64,000 nucleotides of DNA from Isurus oxyrinchus (lineage: Eukaryota), in assembly GCA_026770705.1 (NCBI GenBank), contig JANJGN010000036.1, positions 1,922,001 to 1,986,000 of the forward strand. The letters are read 5' to 3'. Both the position numbers and the translations under genes were made by a program. This document shows positions 1 to 11,665 of this stretch, piece after piece. The notes under the pieces were generated by a model that was given only the letters and a program-made list of their open reading frames with translations, was not told where the DNA came from and did not search any database. Position 1 is the first letter of the stretch; each line of letters opens with the position of its first letter.

Positions 1-650
1 ATTTATGGTTACCCTCTGTTTCCGGTTAGCCTGATAATCCGCTAGCCATGTCCATATGTCACATCCTCCGCCATGAGCTTTTAACTATCGCAATAACCTG
101 TGATGTGGCAGCTTATCAAATGCCTTCTGCCAATCCTAGTTCAGTATATTTACCAGTTCCCTTTGATCCACAGCACATGCAACTCCTTCAAAGAACTCCA
201 TTAAATTGGTTAGACATCATTTCCCTCTCACAAACCCATGTTGACTGTGTGGAATTGCAATGAAGTTTCCTCAGCGTCCTGCCATCACATATTCAATAAT
301 ATATACCCACATTTTCCCACTGACAAATGTTAAGCTATGTGGCCTGTAGTTTACTACTTTCTGTCTCCTTCCCTTTTTGAATAAATTCCTTGCATTTGCT
401 GTTTTCCAATCTCATGACACCTTCCCTGATTCCAGGGAATTTTGACAAATTAAAACCAAAGCAACAACTATCCCGCTAGCCACTTCTTTAAAGACCCGAG
501 TTTGAAGTCCATCAGGACCCGGGGATTTGTCAGGTCACAGGGCCAACAATTTGATTACTAACACTTCGCTAGTGATTGCTATATACTTGAGTTCATCTCT
601 CCCTCCCAAATCCTGATTTACAGTTATTTCTGGGATTTACTTATCGGGAG
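1..650 (-). mobile_element. CR1-type LINE ORF2 fragment (degenerate)
   Basis: Reverse strand near 505-530 encodes KSPGPDGL, the motif at the start of the non-LTR RT domain; many stops. Confidence 0.6.
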
Positions 651-2049
651 AAGTGATGCAAAATGTGGACATGGACTCCTTCAGTGTTTGCGGAGTTGCG
701 AATGGTGCTGAACATTTTGTAATCACCAGTGAACATCCCCACTTTTGATCTTAGGCTGGACGCAGGGTCACCAAAGAAGCAGCTGAAGATGTTTTGGCCT
801 AGGAGATTACCCTGAGTAACTCTTAAAATTATGTCTTCAAATTGAGATGATTAAACTACAACAACCACAAGCATCTTCCTTTATTTTAAACATGACTCCA
901 CACAGCGGAGAGTTTTCCGCCTGATTCCCATTAATTCCAGTTTTGCCGGGGCTCATTAATGCCACAGAACATCAAATGCTACTTTAATTTCAAAAGCAGT
1001 TGCTCTCACCTCACCACTAGAGTTCATTTCTTCTGCCAATGTTTGAACCTAGGCTGTAGTAAGGTCCAAAGTTGAGTGACCATGGCGGAACACAAACTGA
1101 AAGTCAGTGAGCAGGGTATTGATAAGCAGTGCCGCTTCATAGCACTGCTGATGACCCCATTGCATCGCTTTAACGATGATGGAGAGTACAAAGATAGGGC
1201 AGTAAATGGCCGGTTGCATTTGAACTGTTATTTCGTATACATGACGTACATGAGCAATGTTCCACATTGGCAGAGAATGATACAGCCCAAAATGAGGCCA
1301 TTCAGCCCATTGTGTCTGTGCTGCCTCTTTGGAAAAGTGCCACTGTCACGCGACTCTGAGAATGGAAAACCCTCCTCACTCTCCTCTGAAATGAGACACC
1401 TCTCATTATGAAGCTGTGCTGGCAAACTCTAGATTGGCCCCACAACGAGCAGATCTGCTCGATCCCTCTCAGAATGCTACATGCTTCCATAAGATCTGGT
1501 CGATCCCTCTCAGAACGCCAAATGCTTCAATAAGATCACCTCTCATTCTTCTAAATCCGATATTTGTGGCTCCATCCGGCTCAAAGTGTTCTGCAAAACA
1601 CGCCTTCATCTCACTGAGCCTTCACAGAACTGACTCCCATATGTGTACATATAAACATACACATACACACACACTCACATACTGAGTAGTACGCACACAG
1701 ATAAATACAAATACATCAAAAAGGACAAAGGCAGCATGGGAACACCACCACCTGCACTTCCCCTCCAAGTCACACATCGTCCTGAGCTGCAATGAGATCG
1801 CCGTTACTTCCCGGTCGTTGGATCAAAATCCTGAAACTCTCTTCCAAACAGCACTGTGGGCGCACCTACATTACATGGACTGCAGTGGGTCAAGGAGATG
1901 GCACATCACCAGCTTCTCAAGAGGAATTAAGGATAGGCAACAAACAGTGGCCTGGCAAGGAACGTTCACACGTCATCAATAAATAAAACATGCATATACA
2001 CACAGATACACTCTCACTTATGTACAAACAAGGGCAACAAGGCACACAG

Positions 2050-2620
2050 ATGAACACGGACATATACAGAGATATAACTGCATACTCAAATCTTGTATAA
2101 CACTGCAAAATGTGCCTTCCTCTAACAAACAGAACCGGGAGGGATAACACTCTAGATCAGTGTCTGTTGAAGTAATTACTCCCTGATACTTACCTGACCC
2201 TTCTATTATTAGATGTCAATGCGGTTTCCAGTTAGAACGATAATGGGGACCGGATGCAAATAAAGGTGATGATTACAGACTAATGTCCTCTGTTAACAGG
2301 GAGACATATCCCTTGCAATCTGGAGCTAAATACAGAGAAAAGTGTCGAACAAACATTGCTGGTTATAAATCTAACAATGAGAGATAATTTCAATGAATCA
2401 TATAAGATTCTGAGGGAACTTTGATAGGGTACATGTTGAGAGACTGTTTGCCCTCGTGGGGAATCTGGAACTAGTGTCTACAGCTTCAGAAATTGCATTT
2501 TCTCAATTCCGAATGAGATGAGATGATTCTTCTCTCCGATTGATTTTTGAATTGTCCTGCCCAGAGAACAGTTGAAGCTGTGTCAGTGAACCAACTGAAA
2601 TCTGAGTCAGACAGGGTTTT
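2050..2620 (+). repeat. Direct repeat copy 1 flanking gene A1
   Basis: GAACACGGACATATACAGAGATATAACTGCATAC...TAGATCAGTG...GCGGTTTCCAGTTAGA repeated at ~8843-9420. Confidence 0.85.
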
Positions 2621-3097
2621 CATTGACAAAAACAGAATTACCTGGAAAAACTCAGCAGGTCTGGCAGCATCGGCGGAGAAGAAAAGAGTTGACGTTTCGA
2701 GTCCACATGACCCTTCGACAGAACTACATTTTTCATTGACAAGGTCGTCCTGAAATAAGAATTCGTGACTCGACAAACCTGGCGCCCGGCATCAAGTCAA
2801 TGTGGGTAAATGGCTGGATTTCTGGGTTAAAGCGACATTGGGAATCGGATCCCTTCCTCCACCCGCACCACAACCCACCCCCACCCCCCCAACACCACAT
2901 GCCGCCCCCCCCCCCCCTCCCCCATCCCGCACTCCCCTCCCCACCCCCATCCGAGCGGCGGAAATGATAAATCGACGAGCGTTGTGCAAATTCGTCGTTT
3001 AATTTTGGACTCCAAACCCCGCCTCCCACACATGTTAAAATGCGAATTGTGACCTATTGCTCTTTGCAGGCAGGACCTGTGTGTGGGATCTGAGCGA

Positions 3098-3110
3098 CTA
3101 AAGAGGAAGC
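3098..3110 (+). promoter_or_regulatory. Putative ETS (PU.1-like AAAGAGGAAG) site about 190 nt upstream of the A1 ATG
   Basis: Same position as TAAACAGGAAA in the A2, A4 and A5 promoters. Confidence 0.4.
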
Positions 3111-3292
3111 TCAGAGTCACCGTTTACCTCCTGCTGCATTTTCCATCCGCCTGTGTTTAAAAGGCAGCGCCTAATTTCCGCGGCTCCGCATTTCACTGTT
3201 TCACCCAATTCCCCGTCTGGATTGAGGTTCCCGACCCCCCAGAGGAATAAGGGACGAACTCAGAACTTCAGCCACAGCCTCGGCCGCCGACA

Positions 3293-3335
3293 ATGGGCGT
3301 CATTACTCTCTGCGCCCTGCTCCACCTCTTCCCAG
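3293..3335 (+). CDS. A1 exon 1, signal peptide MGVITLCALLHLFP
   Basis: ATG at 3293, CCAG|GTTAG donor, 43 nt, phase 1; the CALLHL motif recurs in leaders of A2, A5 and (as CALSHI) A4. Confidence 0.8.
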
Positions 3336-6300
3336 GTTAGATTTCCTTACTCCTGATGAGCGGGGGGACCCCAGGGCAAGCTCGCTGAGGAATGTCAGGA
3401 GGGTGAGGAGGCGACGCCGCCGCTTTCTGGAATATTCCTCCTCTGCCGAGGGACTGAATGGTCTAAAGGTCAGAACTCCAGATAAATCGAAATGTCCCAC
3501 ATCTCATGGCTGCAACTGTGAAGAGGACAGGACAGCCCTGACTGCGCCCCCGACCGAGACTTATCCCTTCACCCAACAGACTGTCTGATTATTACCACTG
3601 TGCTATTTGTGGGATCTTGCTGTGCGCTAACTGTTCGCCGCATTTCCGAGAATGCAAGAGTGACCGCCCTTGAAAAAGTAATTCATGTGAAGCGCCTTTA
3701 TCTCCTTCCTATACCTTTCTTTCTCTCTCTCTCTCTTTCTCTCTTTCTTTCTTTGTTTCTTTGTTCCTTCCTCTCTTCCTCCAGGTCTGATCTCAAATTT
3801 AACCCTCAGCGCTTTATCCCCGCTACAGGTCAGGAACTGGCGATCCTTCCTGACAGAATGTCCCTGTCACCAGGTGACAGGCGGAATGTCTCTTTGGTAT
3901 AAAACAGGTTTTATGTTTCCCTGACATAACAGGATGTTTTGTGATGTGTTCTGTCCCCTCAGTGACCGTCTCTCAGGCCGCGTTCCCGCAAACTCCGGCC
4001 GCTCAGACCGTCTCGGTGGGCAGTAGCTTCAAGGTGCATTGCCACACAGGCTGGTTATCAAGTGGAGCTGTTTACTGGTATAAACAGCGGCACCGAGAGC
4101 ACCTGCAGTTCGTTCACAGGGTGAGAAAGCACATTCCTGCAGAGGGAAGGTTTTCAGGAGAAATCAACGACAAATCGACCATTTACACCTTAGTGATCGA
4201 GGAGGTCCAGAGAAATGACTCGGGTGTTTATTACTGCGCAGCCCGGAAAACCCATGGAATGTCCCTGGTCTTCGGGACCGGCTCCAAATTGTTCACCACA
4301 GGTAAAAACAAAAAGAGAAATGAGATTGTTTACTCGCTTTATCACTGTTTTTTCCTTCGATCACGGGATGTGGTTTTCTCTGGCTCGGCAAAGCATTTAT
4401 TACCCATTCCTAATTACACTTGTTCAGGAGGCATTTAAGAGAAGGTGTGGATCTGGAGTCAGATGGAGGGTCAGACCGGGTAAGGGCGGCAGATTTCCTT
4501 CCCTAAAGGGCATTAGTAAACCAGATAGGGGTTATTTTCTTAATGATGACAATCGATTCCTCGTCATCATTAGACTTTTAATTCCAGATTCTTATTCCGT
4601 TCCAATTCCTCCCTCTGCCGGAGGTGCGATTCGTAGCCGGGTCCCCAGAGCATTACTCACTCTCTTGATTATCCCAGCCCAGTGACAATACCACTCTACA
4701 CCGTGTCCCTCAAACTACCAATAACCAGGAATTCACGGTGAATAATAATTACATCTTACCTCCCAAACTCGCTAGGTACACCGACAATATTCCTCTTAGC
4801 TCCGCCGGTGGATGAAGCTGTTGAGATGGAGACTGTCCCATTGATGTGTTTGGTGACCAACGCGGCCTCTGTTACCTTTCCGGTCCGCTGGAATTTTTCC
4901 ACGTGGGAGACAGAGGGATGGACGGATTCTGGAACAATCGACTCCGAAGGGGCGTACAATATAAGAAGCCTCATCAGGGTCCCGCCAGGAACCTGCAGCG
5001 GGGGCGGGTTCTGCACTTGCTCTGTTCAAATCTCCTCCACTCAAAGTCTCATCAGTGAAAGGTTCTCATATCAGAGAGGTAACTATTGACCTTGTCCCTT
5101 TACTAGTATATTTAATTACTGATGTGAGACTGAATTGTTTGCAATACCGCATGTGTTATCTTAATAGTCGTTCCCTTTCCGTGTATATGGACACAGGCAC
5201 AGATTCGTAGAAAGTCTACGGCACAGGAAGAGGCCATGGTGCCTGCCTCGTACAAAAACGAGCTACCCAGCCGAATCCTACTTTCCAACATTTGGTCCGT
5301 ATTCCTGCATCTTACAGCGCTACAGAAACACATCCAATTGCCTTTTAAATGAATTGAGGGTTTCTGCTTCTCCTGCCCTTTCAGGCGCTGGGTCTCAGAC
5401 CCCTACAACACGCTGGGTGAGAAAAATCCTCCCTCGTCTCCCCTCTAATCTTTCTACAAATCACTATAAACCTGGACACTGACCTCTCTGCTAAAGTAAA
5501 AAAGCCATTCACATCCCCTCGATCCAGACTCCACACAATTTTCTATACATCAACCCCATCTCCCATCAGCCTCCTCTGCTACAGGAAGAATAGTCCCAGC
5601 CTATCCATTGTTTCCTCATAGCTGAAATTATCCAGTCGTTGTTACATCCTTGTGAATTTGTTCTGTTCTCTCTCTAAAGCAATCACGCCCTTTCTGTAAT
5701 GAGATGACCAGAACTGCATACACCACTCACGCTGCAGCCTAACTCATGTTTAATACAGTTCCAGCATAGCCTCCCTGCTCTTGCATCCTAAACCTCGTCT
5801 AAAAAATGAAAGGACCTGGGGCTAATTACCCGGTCAATTACCTCTTCCGTATCTCTCAATGTTTCAGTGTTTAGCTCCCTAAAATTTGAAGCTCATCTGT
5901 TTAACTATGCCAGAGATACATGGTGGGAGATAAGGAATCAGGCTGAAAATCTGCTGTTTAAAATAAGGAAATTGAAATTCAATTTCCAGTTTGAAACTTG
6001 AGCAGTATTTTGCTTCTATCCTCCCAAACGCATCCATTACAATACCATCAACATGTGCTCTTACTCTCATATACCTTTTTCCGCCATGTGTTTAAGGAGT
6101 TTCTCTGCAACGAGACTTTCCGTTGTAGACATTTCCACATTATAATGATAAAAGAAGCAAAATACGGCGGATGCAGGAAATCTGAAGCAAAAGCAGGAAA
6201 AAAAGGCCTGGAGAAGGGTCACGCAGACTCGAAACGTTAACTCCGTTTCTGTCTCCACAGATACTGTCAGGCCCGCTGAGTTTTCCCAGTATTTTCTATT

Positions 6301-8432
6301 TGTGTTCCACATTCTAACCACCCTGAACAAAAGATAAAAAAAACACGGTTTCCCCTGAAACGCCAGTTGGGGTTCATAATTGGCAGAAGAGCTGAAAGCT
6401 CGACAATCCAGGAGACAAAGCGGACTTTGCATTAAATTCAGATTGATACAAGAGTATGAGGAGTAGGTCCAAGTAGTGGAGCCCAATTTTGATTCCTTTG
6501 GCGAAGAAGAATGCTCTACAATGGACACTAAACCACAAGACAACAACAACGCTATCAGAGACATAGTAAGCCACTTGAGTGGCACCTTATAAATGCTCAC
6601 CCTCTGCATGGGCCCAGTGGCAGTAAGATCTACCATCTACAAGATGTCCTGCATAATTTCGCCATGGTCACGTTGTTCTCTAATCTTATTGTGTTTTCTT
6701 GAATGTACCTCTTAGTCCTTGTCTCTTCCAGTCTCGCTCTCTCTCGCCACCAATCTGTCCATCCCTTTTTATTTTCATATTTTTATTTCACTTGGGGTTT
6801 TGATTATACTGGTAAAACTAATTTTGAGTCCCCATCCCTATTTTGAGTGGGCGTTGGTGTGTATCCTTGAAATTTTGGCAAGTGACAGGTGGCACGTGTA
6901 AGGGATTTTTCAATATTGTTTCTCCCCCCACCCCACCCCCTCACCGCCTCTACCCCTACACCGCCCCCTTGCTCAGAGCCGCGAATATCTACTTGTCTCC
7001 TGTTGTTTTATGGAAGTTGGTTGGTGATCTTTCTCCTTCTATTGGCCTTGACTGTCGTCGCCGGATGGAGCTACATAAAGCGACATTCAGGTAGGAAAGG
7101 CTGTACATTTTGGGGGCTCTACACACATGAATGTGAGTCGATGCAACCTTTGCCTCTTTTTGAAACGTTAATTAACCCTATCAGGGTAAAAATTGCAGAC
7201 ATTTATGCCCTTTTTTATATATCAGGCAACGGGAACTCGGATAAGACATTCACGGATTCTGGGTCACGTGAACAGAACCAAGAGGTAAATACATGGAGAC
7301 TTTTTTTTGCAGTTTCCTGTAGCTGATTTTATACAACAACCTTTATGCAGGATAGTTATGGTCCCGAAAGTCCACTAAGCTTCTCGTAGTCAAAATGGCA
7401 CCATTTACCATTTTGCTAGAACTGGAAACAGCTGGAAATATACACCTGGAGATTTAATATCAGTAATGATATTTAATGATTTTTCATTCGAACGATAACA
7501 GTTTTAAAATGGTTGCATTATGAGAACAGGTAGCACATATTTGTTGTTTATACTGAAGAACAAATCATGTTCCAATTGTAATGATTAAGCTACTTAAATT
7601 ATCTATGGGTGATGTGGTGGCAGAGTGCTATTGTCACTGGGCTACAATTCCAGTGTAATTACCTGGGTACCCGGGTTCCAATTCCAGCGCAGCAGATGCT
7701 TCAATTTAAATTCAATCTTAATTTGGAATTCAAAAATCTCGAAACCATGGCTGATTGTTATAAAACCCTCTAAAGGAGGTCCATATGGACTCGAAATGTT
7801 AATTCCGTTTTTTTCTCTCCACAGATGCTTCTGCACCTGTTGAGTTTTTCAAGCATTTTCTGTTTTTGTTTCAGATTTCCAGCATCCGCAGTATGTTGCT
7901 TTTATTATATTGTCGTAAAAATCCATATGGTTCACTAATGCCCCAAAGGGGAGGAAATCTGCCGCCCTCACCTGGTCTGGCTGACACGTGACTCAAGACC
8001 CACAGCAATGTGGTTGACCCTTAACTGCAATTAGGGATGGGCACTCAGTGCTCTCCTAGCCAGCGATGCCCACATCCCATGAACGAATAAATAAATGATT
8101 GGATAAGACGAGAGAATCTGTTGCAGGCGTGAATGCTAGTGAAAAATTCCTTAGCATTTGGAGCAGCCGTTCAGAAGTGACCTCGGGGAGCACCAGAACA
8201 CAAATAGGGGAGGTGGGGATACCAGCTAGAATTTGATATTTACATTCAATCCTAAAGCATTGCGAAGTATTTGGAGATAGAGACCAACCATGATGTAATT
8301 GAATGGGGTGTCAAAGTCCAGGGCCGAATGTCCTAACGCTGCTCCTGATGTTTATATGATGATAATAGTTTCTATTTTCCCCCATAGACTCTTTATGCTC
8401 GCCTGGCGTTTACTGCAGATCCGACGTCCTAA
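3293..8432 (+). CDS. Gene A1: non-rearranging VJ-C1-TM receptor with cytoplasmic TxYxxL motif (6 exons, 300 aa)
   Basis: Exons 3293-3335 (leader), 3963-4301 (VJ), 4776-5078 (C1), 6977-7090 (TM), 7226-7284, 8388-8432 (stop). All introns are GT-AG with phases 1,1,1,1,0. Total 903 nt, open frame. Exon layout matches paralog A4. Confidence 0.88.
3963..4301 (+). CDS. A1 exon 2, Ig V-set domain with germline-joined J
   Basis: KVHC..VYWYKQ..GRFSG..YTLVIEEVQRNDSGVYYCAARKTHGMSLVFGTGSKLFTT; CCCTCAG acceptor, AG|GTAAA donor. Confidence 0.93.
4420..4700 (-). mobile_element. SINE (tRNA-derived head, elasmobranch-type) inserted in the A1 V-C1 intron
   Basis: Shares CTAATGCCC...GGAAATCTGCCGCCCT..CC.GGTCTG with 7610-8095; accounts for much of this intron's length (474 nt vs ~90-100 nt in paralogs). 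Confidence 0.6.
4776..5078 (+). CDS. A1 exon 3, Ig C1-set domain
   Basis: PTIFLLAPP..VPLMCLVT..FPVRWN..GAYNIRSLIRV..FCTCSV matches the C1 pattern of Ig/TCR constant domains; CTAG acceptor, GAG|GTAAC donor. Confidence 0.9.
6977..7090 (+). CDS. A1 exon 4, stalk Cys + transmembrane
   Basis: EPRISTCLLLFYGSWLVIFLLLLALTVVAGWSYIKRHS; CTCAG acceptor, CAG|GTAGG donor, phase 1-1. Confidence 0.8.
7226..7284 (+). CDS. A1 exon 5, cytoplasmic
   Basis: GNGNSDKTFTDSGSREQNQE; 59 nt, same size and phase as homologous exons at 50193-50251 and 15377-15435. Confidence 0.8.
7610..8095 (+). mobile_element. SINE with a nested short repeat (~7770-7905)
   Basis: B-box-like GGGTTCCAATTCC head and AATAAA-rich tail; the inner element CTCGAAA.GTTAA.TC.GTT..TCTCCACAGAT also occurs at ~6150-6300, ~27730-27930 and inverted at ~2640-2720. 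Confidence 0.55.
8388..8432 (+). CDS. A1 exon 6, cytoplasmic TLYARLAFTADPTS*
   Basis: TTTTCCCCCATAG acceptor; 45 nt; homologous to 50853-50897 (TLYARLAFKEDPTL*). Confidence 0.85.
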   Translation, partial: TLYARLAFTADPTS

Positions 8433-8754
8433 CGGTGAAGAACAGTCACTGGATGAAGCAGGAGATGACGCGTTAAAGAACATTTCCACCATGGAATTCA
8501 ATAAGAAGCATTGTCCAGTGTTAATTCCAACATTTACCTCGACCTTGTGCCGTGCTCGTGAGTTTTGACCCTCAGTGTCATAGGTGTGGAAATGTAATCT
8601 AGAAGGTGTCAGCACTTCGCCTAGACGGTGTTTCACTTTTATGTTAATGATGTAACATCCACCTGTCACCAACGAGTGACCCCTCAGATGTATTTCCCAA
8701 TATAGAAACGATTTAGAACCTACTGTGGATTTGTCATTTTTATTGTTCTCATTA

Positions 8755-8810
8755 TTTTTATTATTATTATGATAATAATTATTATTATTATTATAATAAT
8801 TATTATTATC
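8755..8810 (+). repeat. (ATT)n microsatellite
   Basis: Imperfect ATT/AAT repeats. Confidence 0.85.
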
Positions 8811-8842
8811 CGAAACGTATATGGCCATCGATGATATCTTAA

Positions 8843-9420
8843 CATGAACACGGACATATACAGAGATATAACTGCATACCTAAACATTGTATAACACTGC
8901 AAAATGTGGTTTTCTCAAACAAAGAGAAACGGCAGAGATAACACTGTAGATCAGTGCCTGTCGAAGGAACTGCTCCTTAATACTTAACTGAGCCTTCTAT
9001 TATTAGTTCTCAGTGCGGTTTCCAGTTAGATCGATAATGGGGACTGGATTCGAATTAAGGTGATGATTACAGACTCCTGATGACCTATGTTAGCAGAGAG
9101 ACATATCCCTTCCAATCTGAAGCTAAATGCAGAGAAAAATATCAAACAAGCATTGTTGGTTTTAAATCTAAGAATGAGACATAACCTTACTGAAACTTAT
9201 AAGATTCTGAGGGAGCTTTGACAGGGTAGATGTTGAGAGTCTGTTTTCCGTCGTGGGGAATCTGGAACTAGTGTTCACAGCTTCAGAATGAGGGTTTCCC
9301 ATTTACGACTGAGACGATGTGATGTTTCTTCTCTCAAATTGATATTTGAATTGTCCTGCCCAGAGAGCAGTTGATGCTGGGTCAGGGAACATGCTGAAGT
9401 CTGAGGTAGAGAGATTTTTG
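8843..9420 (+). repeat. Direct repeat copy 2 flanking gene A1
   Basis: Homologous to ~2050-2620. Confidence 0.85.
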
Positions 9421-9759
9421 ATTAGCAAGGTAGCCAAAGATTATGGGAAGCAGATAGGAAAGTGACGCCAAGGCCGCAATCAGTTCAGCCACGTTCTTAT
9501 TGACTGATGGCACAGGCTCGGGGGCACAAATATTCTATTCCTGCTCCTATTTCTGAGGATAGTTTAATATTTGGACAATTGAAATAAATGTTCAGATGGG
9601 AATTGTTGACTGGTCTAACATCAATCTTAAAAGAAACAGGAAAATGTTTTAAAAATCTACACCAAACGACTGGGTGTTAGGTTGAACTGGTTTTGACACC
9701 GTGTTAAATACAGTGAGACTGTTAAGAAATTTACAAAATGGTTCCATTATGCCCTTGCT

Positions 9760-9990
9760 TCGTGGGAACTTTTCACTCCGATTCCTGAAACAAGGAGCTC
9801 CACTGAGTTTTTAAAGTGATGCGCATTAAAGAAACGCTCATTATAATGGCCTTGTTAAATTTTAATATCCACCCCAGCAGCCGGATTAATGAACCCGTTT
9901 CCCAATTAAGATGAAGATGAGAACCCGGATTATCGCGATGCTTATCGCAAAGGGTCAAACTGCTGCATCAAAATCGAGACAAAACATTTA
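9760..9990 (-). pseudogene. Degenerate relic of type-B TM and next cytoplasmic exon
   Basis: Reverse complement contains GTTTCTAAATGTTTTGTCTC and a decayed hydrophobic stretch, like the B1/B2 TM-exon acceptor region; an inverted homolog lies at ~32700-32850. Confidence 0.5.
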
Positions 9991-11399
9991 GAAACTTCTG
10001 CTGGCTGAAATCATTCTTTTATGGGTCTCCCTCATGGGAAACTTGAGCCAATTGTTAAGTTAAAGCAGCAAATCCGTGCTGCGAGTTCTCCGCAAGGCTC
10101 CACAGGATCCCAAGTCAAGGAATCTTCAGGAGAATTCTGAGCGACGGAAGCTGGGTGACTAACGTGATAGAATGAAATACTTTCAGAATGGGTTCTGAAA
10201 TGAGCAGACAGTGCTGTTCCTGAGTGCACTGAGTGCCTGAATTGTTTTGCAGAAATGCTTGACCTTGAAAAACAAAGAAGTGAGTCAGTGACCCTTGCAG
10301 CAAAGAGCGGGGCCGGGCAGCAAAGAGGCTGTGACAGCGAGCTTCAGAAAGACGCCTCGACAACAGCCCATTCCGAGAGTGTGAAAAGCACATCGAGGGC
10401 GGAAATCGTTGACCCAGATTCTGACCACTTTACACTTGAGATGGAAAGTTTCCGAGCCAGAAGCTCTTAGTGGGTTTCCTGTTATTTTACCTTATGTTAT
10501 GCAAGCTTCACGTAACGAAATGCCTTCAGATTTGAAAGGCTGGATATCAATGTTAAGCTAGAGAGAGAAGGCGGCTTGCTCCAAAGATAGATTCAACCGA
10601 ACAGAGAAGAAGCTGGTTTACAATGAACCTCATTTACAGCGCCCTTATCGATGTGGCATCTGGTCACTGTTTATCTTCAATCCCGGTTTAGAATAAAATT
10701 TACAGGTTCCCAATAATATTCACAAATGATGCCTTCACTTCACCTGCGGCTCACAGCGAATACATTGTCTGTTACCCACACACAGGGAACACTGCAACAG
10801 CTCACTCAGGCTTTTAATGTAGTTTTCAATACAATCCACAGACAATTCACTCTATATGTTCAAGTCTAGGTATTGAGGAGAATGTATCTAGAATATCAAG
10901 GTGCAATTCAGATGAGGTTGTTGAGACTTATATTACTTTACATGAGACTTTATTTTTGGGGTACATTTCATGCCGTCCCATTACAGAATGTTTCACCTAG
11001 TTAACAGAGAGCTTGTGGCAGTCTGCAGCATCTGATTTTATGTCAAATCCCACTCATCCGTTTAATTGGAGTCGGGCAAAGTCCTCATCCTTCTCCTGAT
11101 CTGATAATATAAACGATAAGCTAATGCCCACGATAGAATTTACCTGTCAGACTTTACTGCGAATTTCCTGTTTTTTCCCTTCCAACGTTCTCCTTTAATT
11201 TAGTTTATCTCTACAATGAGGACATTCCGCCCTCCCCTGCTTCTACCCTTCCTCTCACGCCCAGCCAACCATTTTGCTTTCATATATTAGACAATGGAAT
11301 TGCAGATAAGGCCAATCCCAACACAATGTTATTTTAGATTAATGTCAAAATATGTTTATTTGTGAGTGACAAATATGGAATCATTTTGGGCAGAATGTG

Positions 11400-11665
11400 C
11401 CTTTGTGTCTGCGTGTTTCTGTGTGTATGTGTGTGTTTGTGTTCGTGTGTGCGCGTTTTTGTGTATCTGTGTGTGTGAGCCTGTTTGTGTGTGTGTGTGT
11501 GTATGTTTGTGTCTGTGCGTGTGTGTTTGTGTGTCTGTGTGTCTTTGTGTGTGTTTGTGTTTCTATGAGTGTGTGTTTGTGTGTGTCTGAGTGTATGTGT
11601 GTGTTTGTGTTTCTATGGGTGGGTGGAGGTTTGTGTGTGTGTGTTAATGTGTGTGTGTGTGTGAA
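11400..11665 (+). repeat. TG-rich microsatellite
   Basis: Imperfect (TG)n. Confidence 0.9.

Noticed and set aside
3941-4438. Rearranging TCR/Ig V gene segments
   Set aside because: No CACAGTG heptamer/spacer/nonamer after the YYC; J is already fused in the exon; each V has its own leader, C1 and TM
10255-10470. Possible terminal exon MLDLEKQRSES...
   Set aside because: No linked exons or recognisable motif found; lies in a duplicated non-coding block homologous to ~32.2-32.5 kb
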